Shown: positions 1 through 10,814 of the stretch, in pieces | How positions within the stretch are numbered: position 1 is the stretch's first letter | Layout of the letters: each line of letters starts with the position of its first letter | Assembly: GCF_028641065.1 (NCBI RefSeq) | Contig: NC_073381.1 | Location: 31,124,001-31,188,000, forward strand | DNA: 64,000 bases | Origin: Leucoraja erinacea | Lineage: Eukaryota | Direction: 5' to 3' | Program-made: the position numbers and the translations under genes | Notes under the pieces: model-generated | What the model was told of the DNA's origin: nothing | Database searches by the model: none | Seen by the model: only the letters and a program-made list of their open reading frames with translations

Positions 1-79
1 TTGTGAGGAATTTAATACTGAAAATATTACTAAACTGATAGTATAAGTAAAGCAACTGTTCATCTGGAAAGAATGTTTT

Positions 80-245
80 CGGGTCCAATTTCCCTTCTTC
101 CTTAAACTCACAATGTCCAATTCCCCTTCATTGACCGCCCTACCTCCAGCCTTTGGACCAATATTTGCGATAATCCCAGTGACTCCACAAGCTACCTTGA
201 ATGCACTTCCTCCTACCTTCTACCTCCTTCCTGTTCAAAGTCCTG
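80..245 (+). mobile_element. Ancient Penelope-like RT fragment
   Basis: Frameshifted translation SNF..SL...NICDNPSDSTSYLECTSS...PSCSKS matches the Penelope segment TNFHPALKF...TDIYYNLTDSHSYLHYTSSHHPASCKDS seen at 31267-31563. Confidence 0.6.
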
Positions 246-509
246 GATGGTGGTAAAGGAGGAGATAAAATAGCAGCTGTCAGATTCCTTTGTGTTGGAA
301 AATGAATTCCCAACATGGAAAGGAGGAATCAGTTGCGATCCAGTGTACTTGCAATCATAATTCTGCAAACTCCAAGGTATAGACCAGGTAAGGGCAGTTT
401 TATTTTCTGTATATGGACAAGAATATTTGATTGATGAGAAAGGATGACTTAACAGTAGTACTAATATGAAAGACATCAGAGCAATGCATGACAATGAAGA
501 ACTGTGAGA

Positions 510-990
510 AAAGCAGGGTCTGACAAGGGGGTTGGAGGAAGTACATTCAAGGTGGCTCGTGGAGTCATTGGGATTATAGCGAATAATTCAAAGGCTCTAA
601 GTGAAAAAATCCAGAAAGGGGAAATGGATTTTGTGAATTTAAGAAATAAGGAAGATTGAAAACAGGGTTTATGAAAAATTCCAACAGACGAGAACAGCAA
701 ACAGCATTTGTACAGTTACCAAGGTTATAGATGTGAAGCTGATGGTGAGGATCTGGTTGCCATTGGAAGAAAGATTGAACCACATTTGTCATGAGAAATC
801 TAACATAAACAGAACGCATAAAATATACCAAATGAAAACTTTTGGGAAAACTGAATGGATTCAAATTTCCTTCCCCTGCTAGTCTGCCATTCAACTGAGA
901 AATGGGTTTCTCTGGAAGCAGCCTTTCACACTTTACTGGGATTGAGTACTTGCCTGCTCCCATGGGAGATAAATGCAATTTCACCCCAAA
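510..990 (-). mobile_element. Ancient Penelope-like RT fragment
   Basis: ORF 574..984 (RLAGEGNLNPFSF...MRSVYVRFLMTNVVQSFFQWQPDPHHQLHIYNLGNCTNAVCCS) aligns by eye to the Penelope RT at 31496..31861 (LADLVLTLNNFSF...MGPNYACLFVGYVKQSLFEAYPGPTPELYLLYIDNCIGATSCT). Catalytic aspartates are lost. Confidence 0.65.
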
Positions 991-1224
991 ATGGAACCTA
1001 TGGTTGCCACATTAAAGAGTAAGAGAACTTCAGAAGCAAGACTACTTAAGATCAACTACAGAAGCAAAAACTAACTCCGTCATTTCAGATTGCAAATTAA
1101 CTAACTTCCAGCAGGATGACAGCAAACATGGAGGTCGAGTTTGGGGTGGGGGTGGTAGATGTTAAAGAAGCTGAGATTAGAAAAAATCATAGCCCCACAC
1201 AATTTTCTGGTTGGCTTAAGATAG

Positions 1225-1775
1225 TCAATAATGGGTCCAGATATACTAGATGAATGTATGAACAGAAAGGTGAATTCAAATAAGTTAATATCATACCTCT
1301 ATAATACCCTTTTAAATCTACATATCCCATCGTCGGAAATAATTAGGCGAGTTTGGGAATACGAATTGGGTTTAACAATTTCAAAGGATAGTTGGGAGGA
1401 AAGTCTTCTATATATACATTACTGTTCTCTTAATGTTAGGCACTCACTAATACAATTTAAAATACTGCATAGACTATTATTCAAAGTCTAATTTGAACAA
1501 GATCTTCCCAAATGTCTCTCCTATCTGTGATAAACGTCTCCTCCAAGAAGCAACCATAACCCATTCTTTTGTTTCCTGTACAAAATTACAAAACTTCTGG
1601 AGGGGAATTTTTGATATCCTTTCCAAAATACTTAAAACTAAATTGGATCCCGACATAAAATTGATCACACTAGGTATGTCCGAGGCCTGTTCTGAGCTAA
1701 CGATATTTCAAAGAATGTATGCCGAATGTTTTATCTCTGCACAATTGCTTCTAATAAAAATAAGTTAAAAATGTT
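1225..1775 (+). mobile_element. L1/Tx1-clade LINE 3' fragment (C-terminal zinc-knuckle region)
   Basis: LIQFKILHRL...SPICDKR...ATITHSFVSCTKLQNFW, a degenerate CCHC region, followed by aataaaa and an A-rich end. Confidence 0.8.
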
Positions 1776-2287
1776 TTTAAAAAAGGTAGTCAATAAAAAA
1801 CAAGTATACCATGACTTCTTCATGTGCCTAGCAGTGAAGGTACAAAATATAGCACTTCAACCAAAATTAACAGATATGGCTCTGTTAAAAGTCCGAATAA
1901 GAACACACCAGTGCGAAAAGTATAAATCCTTGCTTGAGTAATTCTCAATTAGTTCCATTTAAAGCAATGATTTTGCACCTTGTAAATCAAATCCCCAGTT
2001 AGGCACTGATCAAAAAAACCTCAGAGAAAGTACAAAACTTCATTGAATTCATTAATCTTGGTGTGTGCAAATGCAAGAAATAAAAGCAAAGTGTGGCTCC
2101 ACTTTACCAAATCCAACTTACACACTTAAATATTGCTTGAATAAAGATTATAATATTTATAGTCTACCATGCTTTCCAAAATGTGCATATATTCAAATTA
2201 GAACGAAACAATCGTGCATAGAAGCCCAAGATTAGATTATCTGGCATTATGGGCCCCAAAATCACCACAGCGGGCAGAGCAACAGGT

Positions 2288-2950
2288 GAAGATTGAATTG
2301 AATACTTTATTGTCACATGTGACAAGTCACAGTGAAATTATTTGCTTGCATACCCAAGGTATGCAAATAGCCCATAAAGGACGCTTACAAAGTTTCAAAT
2401 TACCACCCCCCCCGCCCTACTCCGGGTCCTCATTATTCTTACCCCTCCCTCATGGCAGCCCCCCCCATGCCGGGTCCTCCTCTGTTCCTTCCCTCGGCAG
2501 CAGCGTCCTCACTTCCGCGTGTTTGTCCTCGTCTGTTGGTCGGTGCCATCATCGACCACAGCACTGATCTCTCCACAAATGCTGCCAGGTCCTCTCCAGA
2601 TGCCTCCGTGGCGCCGACACAGGCCCCAGCTGCGGGCTACACAGACCCAGGCATCGATGGCAGTGGGCTTTGTTGACCTGCGAGGCTCCACCTCTGGCCC
2701 AGGAAGCCCGGGCTCTGACCTGTGAGGTTACGACCCGCGAGGCTCCACCGCCGGCCCAGGCTCCGACCCACGAGGCTCCACCGACATGCGAGGTTCCAGC
2801 CCGCGAGGTCTGGGCCGTGAGGCTTCACTGCCAGCCAACGAGACCCGGGCTCTGGCCCGCGAGGCTCCACCTCCAACTCCCGAGGTTCCAGCCCGTGAGG
2901 CTCAGGCTCCAGCCTCGGGCTTCTCAGCAACACCTCCAGTTGTTGTTGGC
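2288..2950 (-). mobile_element. GC-rich non-autonomous retroposon with internal tandem repeats
   Basis: Minus-strand 3' end tttcactgt...tgtgacaataaagta(ttcaa)n. Repeats of cgaggctccacc/cgaggttccagccc at 2680-2915. 5' boundary approximate. Confidence 0.6.
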
Positions 2951-3121
2951 AATTTAGAGGGTGGTCATAGATTACAGGGCAGAATTACCTGCATTATCCA
3001 AACAGGAACAATATTGTCTGCATCTAAGTAGCTGGTATAATTTCTCTCTGATGGTGTTTTCAATCAGATTGTCAGAATTTGTATTTCTGACGCAATATAT
3101 TAAATTCCATTTGTCTCCATT

Positions 3122-5988
3122 ATGAGTCTCAATGCAAGGAGCATTCGTAATAAGGTGGATGAGTTGAATGTGCAGATAGCTATTAATGATTATGATATAG
3201 TTGGGATCACGGAGACATGGCTCCAGGGTGACAAAGGCTGGGAGCTGAACATCCAGGGATATTCAATATTCCGGAGGGATAGACAGAAAGGGAAAGGAGG
3301 TGGGGTAGCGTTGCTGGTTAGAGAGCAGATTAAGGCAATATAAAGGAAGGACATTAGCTTTGAGGATGTGGAATCGATATGGGTAGAGCTGCGAAACACT
3401 AAGGGGCAGAAAACCCTAGTGGGAGTTGTATACAGGCCACCTAACAGTAGTAGTGGAGTTGGGGATGGCATCAAACAGGAAATTAGAAATGCGTGCAACA
3501 AAGGTAAAACAGTTATAATGGGTGACTTCAATCTACATATAGATTGGGTGAATCAAATTGGCAAGGGTGCTGAGGAAGAGGATTTCTTGGAATGTATGCA
3601 GGATAGTTTTCTAAACCAACATGTAGAGGAACCAACGAGAGAGCAGGCTATTCTAGACTGGGTATTGAGTAATGAGGAAGGGTTAGTTAGCAGTCTTGTT
3701 GTGCGTGGCCCCTTGGGCAAGAGAGACCATAATATGGTTGAGTTCTTCATTAGGATGGAGTGTGACATCGTTAATTCAGAAACAAGGGTCCTGAACTTAA
3801 AGAAAGGTAACTTTGAGGGTATGAGACGTGAATTGGCCAAGATAGACTGGCGATTGATTCTTAATGGGTTGACGGTGGATATGCAATGGAAGGCATTTAA
3901 AGACTGCATGGATGAACTACAACAATTGTTCATCCCAGTTTGGCAAAAAGTAAATCAGGGAAGGTAGTGCATCCGTGGATAACAAGGGAAATCAGGGATA
4001 GTATCAAAACAAAAGATGAAGCGTACAAATTAGCCAGAAATTCAGAGACCAGCAGAGGAGGACAAGGGCTTAATTAGGAAAGGGAAAATAGATTATGAAA
4101 GAAAACTGGCAGGGAACATAAAAACTGACTGCAAAAGCTTTTATAGATATGTGAAGAGAAAAAGATTAGTTAAAACAAATGTAGGTCCCTTGCAGTCAGA
4201 AACGGGTGAATTGATCATGGGGAACAAGGACATGGCAGACCAATTGAATAACTACTTTGGTTCTGTCTTCACTAAGGAAGACATAAATAATCTGCCGGAA
4301 ATAGCAGGGGACCGGGGGTCAAATGAGATGGAGGAACTGAGTGAAATCCAGGTTAGCCAGGAAGTGGTGTTAGGTAAATTGAATGGAATAAAGGCCGATA
4401 AATCCCCAGGGCCAGATAGGCTGCATCCCCGAGTACTTAAGGAAGTAGCCCCAGAAATAGTGGATGCATTAGTGATAATTTATCAAAACTCTTTAGATTC
4501 TGGAGTAGTTCCTGAGGATTGGAGGGTAGCTAATGTAACACCACTTTTTAAAAAGGGAGGGAGAGAGAAAACGGGGAATTACAGACCAGTTAGTCTAACG
4601 TCGGTAGTGGGGAAACTGCTAGAATCAGTTATTAAAGATGGGATAGCAGCACATTTGGAAAGTGGTGAAATCATTGGACAAAGTCAGCATGGATTTATGA
4701 AGGGTAAATCATGTCTGACGAATCTTATAGAATTTTTCGAGGATGTAACTAGTAGAGTGGATAAGGAAGAACCAGTGGTTGTGTTATATCTGGACTTTCA
4801 GAAGGCTTTCGACAAGGTCCCACATAAGAGATTAGTATACAAACTTAAAGCATACGGTATTGGGGGTTCAGTATTGATGTGGATAGAGAACTGGCTGGCA
4901 GACAGGAAGCAAAGAGTAGGAGTAAACGAGTCCTTTTCACAATGGCAGGCAGTGACTAGTGGGGTACTGCAAGGCTCAGTGCTGGGACCCCAGCTATTTA
5001 CGATATATATTATCGATTTGGACGAGGGAATTGAATGCAACATCTCCAAGTTTGCGGATGATACGAAGCTGGGGGGCAGTGTTAGCTGTGAGGAGGATGC
5101 TAGGAGGCTGCAAGGTGACTTGGATAGGCTGGGTGAGTGGGAAAATGCATGGCAGATGCAGTATAATGTGGATAAATGTGAGGTTATCCACTGTGGTGGC
5201 AAAAAAAGGAAAGTAGATTATTATCTGAATGGTGGCCGATTAGGAAAGGGGGAGATGCAACGAGACCTGGGTGTCATGGTACACCAGTCATTATAAGTAG
5301 GCATGCAGGTGCAGCAGGCAGTGAAGAAGGCGAATGGTATGTTAGCATTCATAGCAAAAGGATTTGAGTATAGGAGCAGGGAGGTTCTACTGCAGTTGTA
5401 CAGGGTCTTGGTGAGACCACACCTGGAGTATTGCGTACAGTTTTGGTCTCCTAATCTGAGGAAAGACATTCTTGCCATAGAGGGAGTACAGAGAAGGTTC
5501 ACCAGACTGATTCCTGGGATGTGAGGACTTTCATATGAAGAAAGACTGGATAGACTCAGTTTGTACTCGCTAGAATTTAGAAGATTGAGGGGGGATCTTA
5601 TAGAAACTTGCAAAATTCTTAAGGGGTTGGACAGGCTAGATGCAGGAAGATTGGTCCCGATGTTGGGGAAGTCCGGAAGAAGGGGTCACAGTTTAAGGAT
5701 AAGGGGGAAATCTTTTAGGACCGAGATGAGGAAAGCTTTTTTCACACAGAGAGTGGTGAATCTCTGGAATTCTCTGCCGCAGAAGGTAGTTGAGGCCAGT
5801 TCATTGGCTATATTTAAGAGGGAGTTACATGTGGCCCTTGTGGCTAAAGGGATCAGGGGGTATGGAGAGAAGGCAGGTACAGGATACTGAGTTGGATGAT
5901 CAGCCATGATCATATTGAATGGCGGTGCAGGCTCGAAGGGCCGAATGGCCTACTCCTGCACCTATTTTCTATGTTTCTATGTTTCTAT
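3122..5988 (+). mobile_element. CR1-clade LINE, near-complete ORF2 (AP endonuclease + RT), 5'-truncated and disabled
   Basis: LNARSIRNK, GITETWL, VYRPP, MGDFN (endonuclease); [35 protein letters not shown] (RT). Several stops and frameshifts. 3' stem-loop and (tttctatg)n tail. Confidence 0.95.
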
Positions 5989-6319
5989 AAGCCTCAATCT
6001 CATGGTGATGGCTTAAAAATTCAATGAGAACTGGAACAAGCATGTAAGGGTGAGTGTGCTTCACTTGCCTATTCACCATCTCCCAGAACCCACATGAAAC
6101 AGGTACTCAGAACTCATTAGAATGAATCAGGCAAAGTGCCATTGGATCATCAAGAAAATGTAATTGGCTCCCAATGGCAAACACCTACTATCCTCTCTCA
6201 GGAACACAACAAGGCTGCTCTCCAGCCATTCATTTAGCCAAAATGCTTGTTGATGCCACATTGAAAACTTGGTCAAACTGTGACAGCAAACCTGTAGTCC
6301 ACAGCCAAATCCTCCAGAG

Positions 6320-7158
6320 ATAATCAACAAATAATCCTCCGCCATTTCTGCCAACAAATAATCCTCCGCCATTTCCGCCCAACAAATAATCCTCCGCCAT
6401 TTGCCACCTCCAACGTGACCCCACCACTCGCCACATCTTCCCATCTCCCCCTATGTCTGCCTTCCGCAAAGACCGCTCCCTCCGCAACTCCCTTGTCAAT
6501 TCTTCCCTTCCCTCCTGTACCACCCCCTCCCCGGGCACTTTCCGTTGCATCCGCAAGAAATGCAACACCTGTCCCTTTACCTCCCCCCTTGACTCCATTC
6601 AAGGACCCAAGCAGTCCTTCCAGGTGCGACAAAGGTTCACCTGTATCTCCTCCAACCTCATCTACTGCATCCGCTGCTCTAGATGTCAGCTGATTTACAT
6701 CGGGGAGACTAAGCGGAGGTTGGGCGATCGTTACGCCGAACACCTCCACTCAGTCCGCAATAACCTACCTGAACTCCCGGTGGCTCAGCACTTCAACTCC
6801 CCCTCCCATTCCCAATCCGACCCCTCTGTCCTGGGTCTCCTCCATTGCCAGAGTGAGCAACACCGGAAATTGGAGGAACAGCTCCTCATATTCCGCCTGG
6901 GTTGCTTGCGTCTGGATGGCATGAACGTTGAATTCTCCCAGTTTTGCTAGCCCTTGCTGTCTCCTCCCCTTCCTTAACCCTCGAGCTGTCTCCTCCCATC
7001 CCCCCGCCCTCGGGCTCCTCCTCCTCCCTTTTTCCTTCCTTCTCCCCCCCACCCCCCCATCAGTCTGAAGAAGAGTTTTGGCCCGAAACGTCGCCTATTT
7101 CCTTCGCTCCATAGATGCTGCTGCACCCGCTGAGTTTCTCCAGCATTTTTGTGTACCT
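6320..7158 (+). mobile_element. Penelope-like element 3' part (GIY-YIG endonuclease + terminal repeat)
   Basis: ORF 6453..6950 CxxxxCxxC...NLIYCIRCSRCQLIYIGETKRRL..R..EH...HFN...RKLEEQ..I..L...GMN, then a pyrimidine tract and terminal unit ctgaagaag...cccgaaacgtc...gctgagtttctccagca. Confidence 0.92.
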
Positions 7159-7989
7159 CCAGAGATAACAGTGGCTTCTGAATGGAAACTCAGCAGCCTT
7201 CCTTCTTTCATGCTGCAGCCACTGGAGACATGTTTGATAGGAGCACTTGAGTTGGTACACAAGCACATTAAGGGTTTGTACAATGATGTTTGTTGACTCA
7301 TTCTTTTAACCTTACTTGCAAGTGGATTGAGTTATTAACACATTTTAGTTTGGGATTTGATGTTGGTGTTTAGATATGCAAGCAAATCCATGATGCAAGA
7401 TCAAAGGAAGATAGTTCTCGTGAAAGGTTAGCAACCTGAAAAATTAACCTTCTCTTTCCAAAGATATTGCCCGACCTGCTGAATAATTCCAATAAATTGT
7501 GTTTTCCTTCTGATTTCTTGCATCTGCAGCATTTAGCTTTAGTGGTTACAAATGTTACAATTCCTGGATTATTGATTCTAGTAACATGTTCTTGAATAAG
7601 ATGTTGGGTAGCTCCTTGCCTAAGCTGTTTGTGCTGCTGCCTTACAACTTCAGATGCAAGTTCGATCCTGATTTCAAGTACTCTTTGTATGGAGATTACA
7701 CAGATTTCCCTTGATTGTGTGTGGATTCCAGTATTCCAGTTTTCTCCCACATCCTAAAGATGGATTGGTAGATTCATTGTATGGTGTAAATTACTTATTT
7801 GAGTAGGTAAGCGGCAATGAATCATAAAAAGTGGTTGATCGACATGCAAGAGTAAATGAACTTGGATAGAAGTAAATGAGAAATGTATGGTAAAAGGGAG
7901 CATGTAACAGTACTAGCAGCAAGGATATTTAACCCAAATAAATACTGTTGGTCCACTGTATATAGGCTGGGTTCAGAATACGTTGCTAT

Positions 7990-9552
7990 GACAATAGACA
8001 ATAGGTGCGGTAGTAGGCCATTTGGCCCTTCGAGCCAGCACCGCCATTCAATGTGATCATGGCTGATCATCCCCAATCAGTACCCCGTTCCTGCCTTCTC
8101 CCCATATCCCCTGGCTCTGCTATTTTTAAGAGCCCTATCTAGCTCTCTCTTGAAAGCATCCAGAGAACCTGCCTCCACCGCCCTCAGAGGCAGAGAATTC
8201 CACAGACTCACCATTCTCTGTGAGAAAAAGTGTTTCCTCGTCTCCGTTCTAAATGGCGTACTCCTTATTCTTAAACTGTGGCCCCTGGTTCTGGACTCCC
8301 CCAACATCGGGAACATGTTTCCTGCCTCTAGTGTGTCCAAGCCCTTAACAATCTAATATGTTTCAATGAGACCACCTCTCATCCTTCTAAACTCCAGAGT
8401 GTACAAGCCCAGCTGCTCCATTCTCTCAACATATGACAGTCCCGCCATCCCGGGAATTAACCTTGTAAACGTACGCTGCACTCCCTCAATAGCAAGAATG
8501 TCCTTCCTCAAATTAGGGGACCAAAACGGCACACAATACTCCAGGTGTGGTCTCACTAGGGCTCTGTACAACTGCAGAAGGACCTCCTTGCTCCTCCTAT
8601 ATTTAGTTGGCAGCGCGACTCACTGTTGCAGCAGCCCCTACAGCCTGTCTGTCTTTTTTTATTTTTTTGTGTAGTTAAATGTAGTTGTTGTGTTTTTTTA
8701 TACTGTTTATAACTGTGTTTATGTGGGGGGGGCGGGGGAAACATTAAAAAATCTCTTCCCTGCACGGGAGACCCGACCTTTTCTCTGTCGGGTCTCCGTT
8801 GTCGTTGAGGCCTAGCACCGTGGAGCGGCCTCCAGCCGGAACGACGTGGGGGCTCCAGTTGCGGAGCCTGCGGAGCTGCGGACTACTCACCATCGTGGGG
8901 TTGGCCGGCCTCGGAGCGTGGGGAGTGGTGGTGGCTCGCTGCTGCGGCCCGACCCCGGAGCTCGGAGGCTCCAGCTGCAGCCACAGGTCCAGTGGACTGT
9001 GATATCGGGAGCTCGCGGGTTCGGGCGGGAGACCGCTTTCCGGAGCTCCCGCAACGCGACTTCTCCAGCCCGTATCGCGCGGTTGGAGCGACCCGGAGCG
9101 GGGCTGTACATTGCCCGGCGCAGCCTAAAATGGCCTTGGGACTTAACATCTCCCACCTGGGGCTTCGACATCGGGAGAAAAATGGAGAGCAGGGGAGAGA
9201 AAATAATTTGCCTTCCATCACAGTGAGGAGGAGGTTCACTGTGGTGGGTGTTTGTGTGAATTAAATTAGTTGTGTGTCTAGTAGGAATTGTTTTTTGTTT
9301 GTATGGATGTAGAAACAGAGTTTCATTTGAGCCTAACTGAGGTTCAAATAACAATAAATATTGTATTGTATTGTATTGTATTCGATTCCTCGTGTTATAG
9401 AGGCCAACATGCCATTCGCTTTCTTCACTGTCTGCTCTACCTGCATGCTTACTTTCATAGACTGATGTACAAGGACCCCTCAGATCCCGTTGTACTTCCC
9501 CTTTTCCCAACAACGCCATTTAGATAGTAATCTGCCTTCCTGTTTTTGCTAT
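7990..9552 (-). mobile_element. CR1 3' fragment split by an insertion (host parts ~7990-8602 and ~9381-9552)
   Basis: YRALVRPHLEYC, RTRGHSLRI, RMVSLWNSLP motifs and a (tctattg)-type tail. The sequence resumes in register after the insert. Confidence 0.9.
8603..9380 (+). mobile_element. GC-rich structured non-autonomous retroposon (copy A)
   Basis: Interrupts CR1. Hairpins at 8767-8797 and 9215-9247. Ends aataacaataaa(tattg)n. Homologous to 44290-45108. Confidence 0.8.
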
Positions 9553-10814
9553 GGGTCCAGAATGGTGAAAGTCAAAGTTTCCCTTGTGAAACATATGCAT
9601 AATGAAATATGTTTAAAAAGAACTAAAGGAAAGTTTTGAATCTTACAAGTTAATCTTGGCAATGGGATTCACCCCCACTTTGAAAGGACACCCTGTGAGA
9701 AACCATCATCTGCCAGGCATCATTGCCCACATGTTAATAGTGGATTACCTGTTTTCTCATTAATTTTGTTGGCAGATTGACAAGTTAGCATGATGGTGAG
9801 ACTTAGACACAACAATTAGATGAGGTTCACTGGAAATGTTTGCAGATGAGCTGGCTACTTGACCATCCTGGTGCCCCCATAAATCAAACACACTGACCAT
9901 GTAAAACATTAAAGTACAATCAAAACAAATGTTACCATATAAAGAGTTAAAATGGAACCCTTGAAATACTGCAAGAAAGTTTATTTCATATTGTACAAAA
10001 TAATATGAATCTAGTAACCCCAATGGCACCATTATATTGAAAAACAGCATTAGTTATTGAGTGAACAAAGCATTAGGCACATCCTGCATTGTGATGTAGA
10101 AGCTGGGAAGATGCTAACAAAACTTTTTGGCACACTGATCGCATTCAGATTACCACATACATAATAATAACATTCCCATGACCTCACGATGAGCAGTCAT
10201 GAGAAAGAAGTAAAATGTGCAGCATTTATAACAGTACTCTGGAAGCCTCTTAAAACAATAAGGAAATGTATCACCAATTAATAAAGATCTTGCATTGTGC
10301 TTATTGAAACCAAAACCCCCTTTTGCAAAAACATAAACAAAATAGTGCACTAAGAAAAAGTATGCTTTTCATGCTAATTATGTTGGAGGTTAACAAGGAA
10401 AGGAGAACAAGTCTTTGGAATAATTAACACAAATTGTTAAGACGTAAGTGCACGTGAGATATGTAGAATCTTCTTGCGAGTCCCAAACATGAATGAAAAC
10501 ATACACTATATAAAAGTGTAATATCCTCTCTCTAAACTACAGTGCCCATAATGTTTAGAACAAAGACCCATCATTTATTTATTTGCCTCTGTACTCCACA
10601 ATTTGAGATTTGTAACAGAAAACAAAATCACATGCGGTTAAAGTACACATTGTCAGATTTTAATAAAGGCCATTTTTATACATTTTGGTTTCACCATGGA
10701 GAAATTACAGCAGTGTTTATACATAATCCTCCAATTTCAGGGCACTATAATGTTTGGGACAGCAATGTCATGTAAATGAAAGTAGTCTAGTATTTTGTTG
10801 CATATCCTTTGCAT

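Noticed and set aside
2680-2915. Repeat-spacer pattern superficially like a CRISPR array
   Set aside because: Repeats are short and degenerate, spacers are irregular and mutually related, the context is eukaryotic, and there are no cas genes.
3190-5913. Antisense ORFs over CR1 and Rex1 coding regions
   Set aside because: Shadow ORFs of retroelement reading frames, recurring in each copy.
8799-9519. Long overlapping ORFs (up to 210 aa) in GC-rich inserts, also at 44374-45865 and 50970-51616
   Set aside because: Expected from stop-codon scarcity in GC-rich DNA; no conserved peptide between homologous copies.
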